Shown piece after piece: positions 37,759-47,531 of a stretch of 64,000 bases of DNA. Source of the DNA: SAR86 cluster bacterium (GTDB taxonomy: Bacteria > Pseudomonadota > Gammaproteobacteria > Magnimaribacterales > Magnimaribacteraceae). Position numbers and translations under genes: made by a program. Positions within the stretch are counted from its first letter, which is position 1; every line of letters starts with the position of its first letter. The notes under the pieces are model-generated. The model ran no database searches and was not told the origin of the DNA. It was given only the letters and a program-made list of their open reading frames with translations. The stretch is from positions 651,517 through 715,516 of the forward strand of contig CP097969.1 of NCBI GenBank assembly GCA_023703575.1. The letters are read 5' to 3'.

Positions 37759-38681
37759 TAATTTAATGCACTTAGTTCCTTATGAAAGGATTTAAGAAAT
37801 GGATTATTTTGAATGGCATAGTTTAGCTCTTTTATACCTTTTTGAAGGTTAGGATTGTTTTGATCTACTATTCCTTTGATGAAACTATCTCTTTGTTTGA
37901 TTTTTTCATAGTAAGCATTGATGAATGGTTTTTTTTCAAGCAAAAGACCGTTCCAACCGCACTCATCTAGGCGATGAAGGATAACGGACCAACTTATATC
38001 TGCAAGAGAGAAATTGTTAGATGCAAGCCAATCTTTTTTACTTGATGACAGTTCAGTTTCTAACTCGCATAAATGCTTATTCAGTTGTTTAAAAGCAGAT
38101 TTAATGAGATTTTGAATCGGTGGTAATTTTATGAAATTAAACCCAAATATTTTTAGCAGCAAAAAAATAAATACTCTCTGTTTCATTGGATGAGAAATTA
38201 ATCCTTTCATAACTTCTAGGATAGAGACGTTTTTTAGCATAGTGGTAAAAAGTGGAAAGGTAAGGGGTCCAATCGTATTACCGGCATATTTTTCATGACC
38301 TTTTATTGGATTTCCAACCATCGACGCTTTATCTGTCCAATAATTTATTGATTCAACATCACCATCTTCAAGCGTATTTAAGTTTTCCTTACTATTGAAT
38401 ATGAATTTAATTTGTTCATGTGATTCGTATATAGGCCTGCCTTTATTGAGCAGGACAGGAACGGTTGCTCCTGGATTTATTTTTAAAAATGATTTTGAGG
38501 CCACTTCATATTTTCCTGTTTCAATCAGATCTATATGTTTTGAATCATATTTGAAACCTACTTCATGAAGACAAATTCTAACTTTCCTGGAACACAGTGA
38601 AAAATCATTATGATAAAGGGTCCATTCTGCTGAGGTTTGCTCGACTAGGAAATCTTGAAGGCCTACTTGCATCCTATGCAT
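37758..38681 (-). CDS. Glutathione S-transferase-like protein (long form)
   Basis: 307 aa. Thioredoxin-like N-domain (LYHNDFSLCSRKVRICL...ATVPVL...ESHEQI) and a helical C-domain with an insertion. Stop overlaps the monooxygenase start by 1 nt. Confidence 0.55.
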   Translation of the reverse strand: MHRMQVGLQDFLVEQTSAEWTLYHNDFSLCSRKVRICLHEVGFKYDSKHIDLIETGKYEVASKSFLKINPGATVPVLLNKGRPIYESHEQIKFIFNSKENLNTLEDGDVESINYWTDKASMVGNPIKGHEKYAGNTIGPLTFPLFTTMLKNVSILEVMKGLISHPMKQRVFIFLLLKIFGFNFIKLPPIQNLIKSAFKQLNKHLCELETELSSSKKDWLASNNFSLADISWSVILHRLDECGWNGLLLEKKPFINAYYEKIKQRDSFIKGIVDQNNPNLQKGIKELNYAIQNNPFLKSFHKELSALN

Positions 38682-38699
38682 TTGTTTTAGAGCAAACTA

Positions 38700-39473
38700 T
38701 TAGACAATAAGGTGATGTCCACCATCCATGAGCATTGTCTCACCCGTTACTACTTTTGATATTTCAATAAAGTTATATATACCTTCAGCAACTTGTTCTG
38801 GAGTAACGGTAAGTTTAAGTGGTGTAGTAGAAGTTAGATTCTCCTTAGCTGCATTATAAAGATCATCACCCATGCCTTTTCTTAGCCAATCTCCTTGAAT
38901 AAAACCAGGGCAGATTGCATTGACTCTTATAGGACCGAGATTTCTGGCCATAGATTTCGTCATTGTATTTAGCGCACCTTTTGATGATGCATAGGCAAGA
39001 GAGCTACCAATGCCTTTTATCCCTGCAATTGAAGAGATATTCACAACACTTGGATTGTCACTTTTCATTAACATTTCTTTACAAGCCTTTACCATCTGGA
39101 AGGGCCCCACAACATTAACTTTGTAAATATGTAAAAAATCATCAGCATCTAAACCATCAAGATCGGCATGATTAAATACAAATTTTGTTGTTCCAGCATT
39201 ATTTACAAGAGCGTCGATTCTTCCCCATTTTTCGATCGTTTGATTGACTGTTTCTACGCAATCATCATTCTCAGAAACATCTGCCGTTATGGCTAGAGCT
39301 TCGACTCCCAATCCCTCACATTCTTGGACTATATCATTTGCATCTTGAATAGTGCTTGTACATGTTATTGTCACATTCCACCCCTTTGAGGCGAGCAATT
39401 TTGCTGTAGCTGCTCCAACGCCTCTACTTCCACCAGTTATTATTGCTACTTTATTGGATGTTGCATTAGCCAT
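38700..39473 (-). CDS. Short-chain dehydrogenase/reductase
   Basis: TGGSRGVG, NNAG, and YASSK (Y-x3-K). Confidence 0.85.
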   Translation of the reverse strand: MANATSNKVAIITGGSRGVGAATAKLLASKGWNVTITCTSTIQDANDIVQECEGLGVEALAITADVSENDDCVETVNQTIEKWGRIDALVNNAGTTKFVFNHADLDGLDADDFLHIYKVNVVGPFQMVKACKEMLMKSDNPSVVNISSIAGIKGIGSSLAYASSKGALNTMTKSMARNLGPIRVNAICPGFIQGDWLRKGMGDDLYNAAKENLTSTTPLKLTVTPEQVAEGIYNFIEISKVVTGETMLMDGGHHLIV

Positions 39474-39489
39474 ATTTAAATCCCATCAT

Positions 39490-40011
39490 TTATCTATTCA
39501 CAAACTCTTTTGTACTTTCTTCTTTAAGTACAAAACCTGGTTTATCTTTGAATGTATTTTCTACCCATTTTAAGGCATCTTTTTCGTCTAACTCTGGATT
39601 CCATGGCTCACCTTGAGGTTGTTCTACATCCCAGGGAGTATCCAAAAATATCTCCATTCCATTATTTTCAGGATCATTAAAATAAAAGGATAGTGCATTT
39701 CCATGACATAAAGGCATGTATTCATGATTGATAGCATCAAATTTCTTTTTGAACTCTTTCAATTCTGAATATGTTTCAACTCTAAATGAAATGTGGTTCA
39801 AAGCAGTTGGAGTTCCTATATCTTCTCTACCTAGTACAAATGCTAATTGATGATGTTCATCTGGATCATAACTAATAAAGATTATCTCAGGACCATTTTC
39901 AAAGATTGGGCCACTGTCACTAACTTTAAAGCCCAAAGTATTTATATAAAAATCTAATATTTTTTCTTTATCTTTAATGTTAAGTACTGTGTGTGACCAT
40001 CCTAGTTTCAT
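39490..40011 (-). CDS. Single-domain VOC-family protein, extradiol-dioxygenase-like
   Basis: 173 aa. Candidate metal ligands are His in WSHTVLNI, His in LNHISFRV and Glu in GMEIFLD. Confidence 0.6.
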   Translation of the reverse strand: MKLGWSHTVLNIKDKEKILDFYINTLGFKVSDSGPIFENGPEIIFISYDPDEHHQLAFVLGREDIGTPTALNHISFRVETYSELKEFKKKFDAINHEYMPLCHGNALSFYFNDPENNGMEIFLDTPWDVEQPQGEPWNPELDEKDALKWVENTFKDKPGFVLKEESTKEFVNR

Positions 40012-40059
40012 CTCTTCACCAATTTTATTATCTATTTATTCTATCTAAGCAAGCTTGTC

Positions 40060-40923
40060 TTACTCAACCCCTGAATGATTTGTAATTCTTTTGCATACAT
40101 TTTCTAATGAACCAAGACCTTCAATACTTGTCGTTAGAACATCGCCTTCTTTTAGGAATTTACCTTCCATTACACCAACACCCCCAGGTGTTCCTGTAAA
40201 AATAATATCGCCAACATTCAGAGTTACTATCTCAGATAGATATTTAATAATTGAAGGAATATCGAATATAAGATCATTCGTGTTGTCATTTTGCCTTATT
40301 TCATCATTGACCTTACATTTTATATTGAGGTTTTCCTTATTTTCCAAAGCATCTAACGAAACAAGGTAAGGACCCATGGGTCCGAAAGTATCAAACGATT
40401 TGCCTAGATTAAATTGAGGTGGTTTGGCAGCAAATTGCACGACTCGATCTGAGATATCTTGACCTATACATAATCCAGCAACATGATCCCAGGCATCATC
40501 TACACTTATATCCTTTCCAGACTTACCAATGACAGCTACTAATTCAGCTTCATAATCAACATGATCACTTCTCATTTCAATCTCTGCATGTGGCCCAACT
40601 AGGCAACTAGTATGCTTTGTAAATATCATGGGCACACTAGGTATTTCCATCCCAGCCTCTTCGGCATGATTTCTATAATTTAAACCTACTGCATAACAAT
40701 TTTTTGGTGAAGAAATAGGAGCATCTATCTTAGCTTCTTCTAATAAACCAGTAGGCGTTTTTTCATCTAAAGTACCATTCAATTCATGCAGTTCGTCCAA
40801 ACGATTCAAGGCATTAAGTGTATCTTCATCGAAAGTATTATTTGATATTACTTTCAGATCATAATAATGTTCACCTTTTACAAGGGCTGCTTTGCCAGAT
40901 ATGTTGGCTAATTTAAATGCCAT
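40060..40923 (-). CDS. Fumarylacetoacetate hydrolase (FAH/FAHD/NagK/HpcE-type) family protein
   Basis: 287 aa. GLNYRNHAEE, DYEAELV, GKSFDTF and TGTPGGVG motifs. Confidence 0.85.
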   Translation of the reverse strand: MAFKLANISGKAALVKGEHYYDLKVISNNTFDEDTLNALNRLDELHELNGTLDEKTPTGLLEEAKIDAPISSPKNCYAVGLNYRNHAEEAGMEIPSVPMIFTKHTSCLVGPHAEIEMRSDHVDYEAELVAVIGKSGKDISVDDAWDHVAGLCIGQDISDRVVQFAAKPPQFNLGKSFDTFGPMGPYLVSLDALENKENLNIKCKVNDEIRQNDNTNDLIFDIPSIIKYLSEIVTLNVGDIIFTGTPGGVGVMEGKFLKEGDVLTTSIEGLGSLENVCKRITNHSGVE

Positions 40924-41000
40924 GAGATCTCCTATCTTTTAATAAATTGATTATAGGCATTTCTTAATATTTTATAAGCTTTATATACCGATAAAAATTG

Positions 41001-41882
41001 ATGGAAAGGAAAACTTTTACAAATAAAGAAGGTGAAGACTTCTCTTACTTGGTTCATCAATCTGAGAGCAATAGTAAGAATTTTGTTTTCTTTCACGCAA
41101 CAGGTTTTAACTCGGAAACTTATAAGATTCTTTTCGACAAACTGTTATCTCATTATGACAACGAAATAAATATTTATGCTTTAGACCAGAGAGGGCATGG
41201 ATTATCTGCTGCAAAATCGAATCCCGATGAGTTAAAGACCTGGGATGTTTTTGTCCGTGATGGCGAGGAATTTATTGAGAATATAAGCGGATCTGTGATC
41301 CTATCGGGACATTCTATGGGATCTATCATTGCCGCAAAGATAGCTTCTTTAAACCCAAGCAAAGTCTCACATTTATTTATGATAGAGCCAGTTTTATATG
41401 GGCCAATGGAGTCTTTAAAATTTAGATTAAAGACACTGCTTCGTATCAATCGAGAGTTGGCTATAGCTGGTGGTGCTGCAAAAAGAAGAAGAAACTTTTC
41501 TTCGATTGATGAGGCAGTCACTTCTTATACTGGAAGAGGCGCTTTTACCACTTGGTTACAAGAATGGATAGAAAATTATTTAAAGGGCGGAACTCAAAAA
41601 ACTGATTCAGGTATTGAATTATCATGCTCTCCTAGTTGGGAAGCAGCAACCTTTAGATCATCCTCTATGGATAGTTGGAGATACCTCAAAAAAATAAAAA
41701 TGAATGTTAAGGTAGTCTATGGAAATATTGGATCGACTTTTTCATCTCAAGCAAGAAACGCATTATTTAAAATCGGTCCAAATTGGGAATCTAATTATTA
41801 TAAAGAAGCTACCCATTTTCTCCCCATGGAATATACCGACTCAATTATCAAAGATTTGGAATCTTACTTGGAAAATAATTAA
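41001..41882 (+). CDS. Alpha/beta-fold hydrolase
   Basis: HATGF oxyanion region, nucleophile elbow GHSMGS, and a C-terminal His (ATHFLPME). ATG at 41001. Confidence 0.75.
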   Translation: MERKTFTNKEGEDFSYLVHQSESNSKNFVFFHATGFNSETYKILFDKLLSHYDNEINIYALDQRGHGLSAAKSNPDELKTWDVFVRDGEEFIENISGSVILSGHSMGSIIAAKIASLNPSKVSHLFMIEPVLYGPMESLKFRLKTLLRINRELAIAGGAAKRRRNFSSIDEAVTSYTGRGAFTTWLQEWIENYLKGGTQKTDSGIELSCSPSWEAATFRSSSMDSWRYLKKIKMNVKVVYGNIGSTFSSQARNALFKIGPNWESNYYKEATHFLPMEYTDSIIKDLESYLENN

Positions 41883-42742
41883 AGACTCTCTACGAAATTT
41901 CTCAAAGCAGCGCCTATTTCTTCCGAAGAATCTTCCTGTATGAAGTGATTTCCTTTCACAGTAATCTCTGTCTGATTGTTCCAACTTCTAGCGAATTCTC
42001 TCTGATCACCAATTAGAATTGATCCCGGATCAGCATTGATAAACAATTTAGGTATATCCGATTCTTTATGAAATTCAGCATTAAGTCTCACTTCTTCAAC
42101 AACCTCGCTAGGTTCCCCATCCAAAGGAATTTGTCGTGGCCAGGTAAGAGTAGGGCGTCTGTCTTCTCCTGGATTAATAAAAGGCTTTATGTACTCAGAT
42201 TTTTCTTCTTCTGTGTAGCCAGTCGAAGAATCTGCTAGTAGTATTCTTTCAACAAAAAAGTTCTTTTCAAGCACAAGTTCTTCTCCAGCCTCTGACCTAA
42301 ATAATCCGAAAATTTTAGTAGCAGGATCGGGCCATTGATCCCAAGTTAGTGGCATAACGATAGCTTCCATATATGTTATGGACTTAATTCTATCTTTGTT
42401 TTCTCTAGCAAATTGGAAACCCATTGCCGAACCCCAATCATGAATAATTAGATGGATATTATTTCCTAAATCTAGCTCATCCATGAGAGCTGTTAAATAA
42501 CTATACTGACCATGATACTTATAGCCAGGATTATCTACTCCTTCAAGTTTATCTGAATCACCCATACCAATTAAATCTGGGATGACTATTCTTCCAATGT
42601 CTTCTACATGGGGTGCAATATTTCTCCAAAGAAAAGATGATGTTGGATTGCCGTGTAGAAATAAAAAAGTATCTCCACTGCCTTCATCAATGAAAGCCAT
42701 TTTACTGTTCTTTATATCTTTATATTTTTTTGTATATTTCAT
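41879..42742 (-). CDS. Haloalkane dehalogenase (HLD-II, DhaA/LinB-like)
   Basis: 287 aa. HGNPTSSFLWRNI, nucleophile Asp in IHDWGS, and C-terminal GNHFIQED. Confidence 0.8.
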   Translation of the reverse strand: MKYTKKYKDIKNSKMAFIDEGSGDTFLFLHGNPTSSFLWRNIAPHVEDIGRIVIPDLIGMGDSDKLEGVDNPGYKYHGQYSYLTALMDELDLGNNIHLIIHDWGSAMGFQFARENKDRIKSITYMEAIVMPLTWDQWPDPATKIFGLFRSEAGEELVLEKNFFVERILLADSSTGYTEEEKSEYIKPFINPGEDRRPTLTWPRQIPLDGEPSEVVEEVRLNAEFHKESDIPKLFINADPGSILIGDQREFARSWNNQTEITVKGNHFIQEDSSEEIGAALRNFVESL

Positions 42743-42747
42743 ATTTG

Positions 42748-44193
42748 TTAATCTAAATTAGGAACCACAAAGGTCTTGAATTCTTCTTCGTAGAGTTCCG
42801 CAAATTTAATTGTTGTCTTGTCTTCGTAAGCTCCACCAATGACCTGTAGTCCAATTGGCATACCATCACTTGATAGACCTGTTGGAAAGACTGTACTTGG
42901 TAAATGAGCATTTACCGCAAGACCCGGCCAGAAGATCTGTTGAAAATATCTTTGTTCTTGATTATCTACCATGACAGTTCTCTCCGAAATCTTTTTGTGA
43001 TCATGCTCAATAGCAGTTGTGGCAAGCTGGGGACAAATCAAAACATCCCATTCTTCAAAAAACTTTGACCAAGATATTTTAATTTGTTCTCTAGCATAGT
43101 TCTGTCTTAACCAATTTCTATGAGATAACACAGTTCCTTTGGCTAAGATTGCGTCTACTGACAGATCATTTTTATCTAAACTAGAAGCCAATTCTTCTAT
43201 TTTTTGATATTCATCTTCAGGTAAACCACTTTGCATGACGGATTGTAAAAGTAATTGATAATTGATTTCTGCTTTCATGAAGTCATGTTCAGGTTTTGCT
43301 GCAAAAGATACTGTTGTTCCAACAGAATTCAATTTATTGCCAACTTCCTCACACCTTTGTGCTATTTCCTTTGAAACTGGAGCCAATTCATCATTACTCC
43401 AAATAGCCACTTTAAAATCTTTAAGAGAAGTTTTTTTACTTTCTGCTAGATTGAGCTGCCATCCTTTAGATCTTCTTTCCATAGGACCTGCCATTACATC
43501 TAAAGCTATTTCTAAGTCTTTTGCACTTCTAGCTAAAGGACCACAGACCGATAGATCAGGTTCAGGAACATTAGGAATTAATTCATGACCTGATGAAGGT
43601 ATGATACCGTGACTCGGCTTATGTCCAAAAACTCCGCAATAGTGCGCAGGATTTCTTATAGAACCTCCGATATCGGATCCAGCCTCCAAAGAACAAAACC
43701 CAGCTGCAATTGCTGCAGCACTTCCTCCTGATGAACCTCCTGGAGTCCTTTTCAGATCCCAAGGATTCCCTGTAATTCCATAAATATCGTTATAGCTTTG
43801 AAAGTCAGCCAAATTCATAGGAACATTTGTTTTTCCTAAGAAATGAGCTCCAGCTTTTTTTAATCTTTTAACGGTCAATCCATCTTCTTTGGCTATATTT
43901 CCTTTGTAGTCTGGTATTCCCCAAGTAGTGCATTGACCTTGTATATTGTAAGACTCTTTTATGGTCATCGGTATGCCATGTAGTGGACCCAAAGAATTTT
44001 TCTTCGAAATTGTATCATCTGCTTTTTTAGCAGCTTCTAGAGCATCTTCAAAAGTTCTTACTACAACGGCGTTTATCTTGCCATCGTATTTCTCTATTCT
44101 GTCTATGAAATGTTGGGTGAGCTCTAGTGAACTTATCTCTTTATTTTTTATTTTGTCAGCCAATTCATAGGCAGGTAAGTGATGAATATCCAA
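42748..44193 (-). CDS. Amidase-signature (AS) family amidase
   Basis: 481 aa with GGSSGGSAAAIAAG and the Ser-cisSer-Lys context. Confidence 0.85.
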   Translation of the reverse strand: MDIHHLPAYELADKIKNKEISSLELTQHFIDRIEKYDGKINAVVVRTFEDALEAAKKADDTISKKNSLGPLHGIPMTIKESYNIQGQCTTWGIPDYKGNIAKEDGLTVKRLKKAGAHFLGKTNVPMNLADFQSYNDIYGITGNPWDLKRTPGGSSGGSAAAIAAGFCSLEAGSDIGGSIRNPAHYCGVFGHKPSHGIIPSSGHELIPNVPEPDLSVCGPLARSAKDLEIALDVMAGPMERRSKGWQLNLAESKKTSLKDFKVAIWSNDELAPVSKEIAQRCEEVGNKLNSVGTTVSFAAKPEHDFMKAEINYQLLLQSVMQSGLPEDEYQKIEELASSLDKNDLSVDAILAKGTVLSHRNWLRQNYAREQIKISWSKFFEEWDVLICPQLATTAIEHDHKKISERTVMVDNQEQRYFQQIFWPGLAVNAHLPSTVFPTGLSSDGMPIGLQVIGGAYEDKTTIKFAELYEEEFKTFVVPNLD

Positions 44194-44195
44194 AA

Positions 44196-44978
44196 CTAAC
44201 TGTCTCCTGGTTTCCAGTCTTCAAATCTTTCTTGAAGTCTTTGCATGCCAGTTATCCAGCGATCTCTATCATTTCCTTTTCTAGATACATATTCCAAAAC
44301 CTCTGCATGAGGAGTCACAAGAAATCTTTCATTTTCAATGGCATCAAGTACATCGGCAGCTGCCTCATCTGCTTCAATCATCCCATCAACTCCTGCTACG
44401 CCAGCACCTTGAGCTGTCATAGCTGTTCTTACAGCTTGAGGACAAAGACATGAGACACCAATTCCTTTACTTCCATAAGTAATTTTTATCCACTCAGCAA
44501 AACTTACCGCAGCTGCTTTAGTTACAGAATATCCTGCAGAACCTATCTGAGTGAGTAAACCTGCAGCCGATGAAGTATTCATTAAATAACCTTCGCCTCT
44601 CTCTAACATTTGAGGCAGAACATGCTTGGCTGCAAAGATATGAGATTGTACATTTACTTCCCAGATATTTTGCCAATCGCTAGTCTCTACTTCAAAAAAT
44701 CCATGTACTCCACCAATGCCTGCATTAGAACAAAAAATATCTATTCCACCTGAATATTCATTTGCTTTATCTATTACATTGATAATGTCTGCTTCTTTTC
44801 CAACATTAGCTTGGACCGCTAAGCCATTGATATCATTGGCAGTTTCAGTAGCACCCTCCATATTCATATCAACACAAACAATTGATTTTGCGCCAGCTTT
44901 ATTAAATGCTTCACATAAGGCTTTACCTATTCCACTAGCAGCCCCTGTGACTACAATTCTTTTATCTTGTATTTGCAT
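44196..44978 (-). CDS. Short-chain dehydrogenase/reductase
   Basis: TGAASGIG, SNAG, and YSVTK. Confidence 0.85.
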   Translation of the reverse strand: MQIQDKRIVVTGAASGIGKALCEAFNKAGAKSIVCVDMNMEGATETANDINGLAVQANVGKEADIINVIDKANEYSGGIDIFCSNAGIGGVHGFFEVETSDWQNIWEVNVQSHIFAAKHVLPQMLERGEGYLMNTSSAAGLLTQIGSAGYSVTKAAAVSFAEWIKITYGSKGIGVSCLCPQAVRTAMTAQGAGVAGVDGMIEADEAAADVLDAIENERFLVTPHAEVLEYVSRKGNDRDRWITGMQRLQERFEDWKPGDS

Positions 44979-46696
44979 TAATCTAGCCCCAATTCTTTAA
45001 TAGCATCTTCTCGCATTTGTTTTTTTGCAATTTTTCCAGCTGCTACTTTTGGTAATTCTTCAGCTTGAAACCACGTGTATTCAGGAATTTTAAATTTAGC
45101 TATTTTTGCTGCTAAAAACGAAGAAAGATCTTCCTCTGAAAGTTCAGCTCCAGGATTTAGAGATATTCTCGTGGCAAGTTTTTCACCTAATCTTTCATCT
45201 GGAACACCAAAGACTGATGCTTCTCTAACAGAGGGATGTTCATAAATTGCTGCTTCTATCTCTAAACAAGCTATGTTTTCTCCACCTCTGATGACGATGT
45301 CTTTGATTCTATCTTTGATGTACAGGAATCCATCTTCATCAATAATACCCACATCACCACTTCTGAACCAACCTTCACTATCTAACACTTCATTAGTTGC
45401 ATCTTCGTTCTTAAGATAACATCTGAAATTACATGTCGATTTAATTGCAACTTCTCCAAGCTCATTGGGTCCCAACTCATTACCTTCTTCATCCATGATT
45501 TTTATGAGATTTAAGAAAGGAGTAGGGTAACCAGCAGTACTTGGTCGTTCATACAAAGTTGTTCCACTTGCATTCGTCGCATGTGCATTAGTCTCTGTAA
45601 GGCCATAGCCTACGGTTGCAATTTTATCAGGATGTTCTTTTTCTTGAGCTTTAATTTGCTCAGGAGGTCTTGCTGCACCGCCAGAACCTAATCCTTTTAG
45701 ACTGGAGATGTCTATCTCTGGATTGTCTTTATGTGCTTGTAGAACCTCAGCGGACATCGTAGGTACGCCAGTCATATCAGTTACTTTATGTTTTTCAATG
45801 AGACGTAAAGCTTCTACTGCATCCCATTTATACATAAAAACGATTTTTCTTGCCGTAACTAAAGACAATAAAAAGACAGCGTGAGAACCTGTTACATGGA
45901 ATAAGGGTACCGCAGCAATTGTGCAAGGATTTTCGCCTGAAATTGGAGAAGGCAAAGGTTCTCCATCAACTTCAATTTGCGTGGCTAGTTGACCCATGAG
46001 TGCCCAGGTAATTGGGGCAGAAACTACTGCTCTATGAGTAGAAACAACCCCTTTTGGATATCCTGTACTACCGGACGTATACATAATGCTTGCATCATCC
46101 TCAGGATCAATTTCAACCTCTGGAAAAGCTTCCATTGATGTTACAACTTCATCGAAAGCAGCTGTATTGGTAAATTTACTCGCATCACATCGCACGGCTA
46201 TACGGGGCATTTCTTCTACATAACCTTCTAATCTCTGAAGTCTTTCTTCATCAGCTATGAATATTGATGATTCACTATGAGTTAAACCATAATCAAGTTC
46301 CTCACCTTGCCACCATGAGTTTAAGGGAACCGCTATAGCTCCGATTGAAGTAACAGCGATATAGCTGTATATCCATTCCGGATAATTTCTCATTGAAAAA
46401 GCAACCTTATCTCCTTTTTGTATACCGTACTTGTCCATAAGGGTGTGAGCGAGTCCGGCAGAAGTATTAAGAACCTCTTGATAACTATATGTTTCATCTT
46501 CATATGCCAAAAAATCCCACTCCCCGTGTATAAGAGGAAATTGAAAATAGTCTCTTAATGTTTGAGGTAAATTGGCAAAAACATGGTATTTATTACCTCT
46601 TATGGTCTCTTCTTTAAGTTCGAACAATCCTTCCTTTGTAAATTCTTTGGTTAAACTTTCTCGACCTTCTTTTTTTAAAAATTCCTTAATATCCAT
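44978..46696 (-). CDS. AMP-dependent acyl-CoA synthetase/ligase
   Basis: 572 aa. MYTSGSTGYPKGV, GYGLTE, and the GWFRSGD...KDRIKD region. Confidence 0.85.
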   Translation of the reverse strand: MDIKEFLKKEGRESLTKEFTKEGLFELKEETIRGNKYHVFANLPQTLRDYFQFPLIHGEWDFLAYEDETYSYQEVLNTSAGLAHTLMDKYGIQKGDKVAFSMRNYPEWIYSYIAVTSIGAIAVPLNSWWQGEELDYGLTHSESSIFIADEERLQRLEGYVEEMPRIAVRCDASKFTNTAAFDEVVTSMEAFPEVEIDPEDDASIMYTSGSTGYPKGVVSTHRAVVSAPITWALMGQLATQIEVDGEPLPSPISGENPCTIAAVPLFHVTGSHAVFLLSLVTARKIVFMYKWDAVEALRLIEKHKVTDMTGVPTMSAEVLQAHKDNPEIDISSLKGLGSGGAARPPEQIKAQEKEHPDKIATVGYGLTETNAHATNASGTTLYERPSTAGYPTPFLNLIKIMDEEGNELGPNELGEVAIKSTCNFRCYLKNEDATNEVLDSEGWFRSGDVGIIDEDGFLYIKDRIKDIVIRGGENIACLEIEAAIYEHPSVREASVFGVPDERLGEKLATRISLNPGAELSEEDLSSFLAAKIAKFKIPEYTWFQAEELPKVAAGKIAKKQMREDAIKELGLD

Positions 46697-46700
46697 AATT

Positions 46701-47519
46701 TTATTTCCCCGTAAATTTTGCCTCTCTTTTTTCTACAAAATGTGAAACGCCTTCTTTGAAATCTTCAGATTTAAAACTATCAAGCATTGCTTGCATTGAA
46801 CTGTCTAGATTCTCTTTAATTGTTTCTCCTTGAGCGTTATAAATTTGTTGCTTCATAATTCGAAGGGATCGAGGTGAAACATTTTTGGCTAGATCAGCCG
46901 CATAATTGAAAACTTCGCTATCGAATTGGTCCTCCGAAAAGGTTTTATTCACTATGCCCATTTGTTCAGCCTCTTCAGCAGTAAACTTTCTTGATGAAAA
47001 CAAAATATCATTTGCTCTAGCAATACCCACTAATCTAGGAAGAATCCATCCAACACCCCATTCGGCTATAAGTCCTCTCTTAGAGAATGCACTGGAAAAA
47101 ACGGCACCTTCTTTAGCAAATCTAATGTCTGCATATAGAGCCATAATGAAACCTACTCCCGCAGCAGGTCCATTAATGGCCGCGATAATTGGCTTTGGAA
47201 CTGTTGGAAAATAACTAAATCCTCCATCAAAGCCCTTTACTTCATTGGCAGCATATTCTCTCTCTTCAGCTTCGACCTGAGAGGCTTGTGTCTCACCTTG
47301 ACTTGTTGCTGCAAGTCCATCCATATCTGCTCCTGCACAAAAACCTCTTCCTGCACCGGTGACAATAATCACTTTTACATCAGAATCTTTTGCAGCGTCA
47401 TCTAATTTCTCTCTTAATCCTGCTCTAATCTCATCATTCACAGCATTGAGTCTTTCAGGTCTGTTTAAAGTAACTGTCGCTACACCATCTTTAACTTCAT
47501 AAAGAACTGCATTATTCAT
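46701..47519 (-). CDS. Enoyl-CoA hydratase/isomerase family protein
   Basis: RPERLNAV, GAGRGFCAGADM and NGPAAGVG. Confidence 0.85.
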   Translation of the reverse strand: MNNAVLYEVKDGVATVTLNRPERLNAVNDEIRAGLREKLDDAAKDSDVKVIIVTGAGRGFCAGADMDGLAATSQGETQASQVEAEEREYAANEVKGFDGGFSYFPTVPKPIIAAINGPAAGVGFIMALYADIRFAKEGAVFSSAFSKRGLIAEWGVGWILPRLVGIARANDILFSSRKFTAEEAEQMGIVNKTFSEDQFDSEVFNYAADLAKNVSPRSLRIMKQQIYNAQGETIKENLDSSMQAMLDSFKSEDFKEGVSHFVEKREAKFTGK

Positions 47520-47531
47520 ATTATTCTCCTT

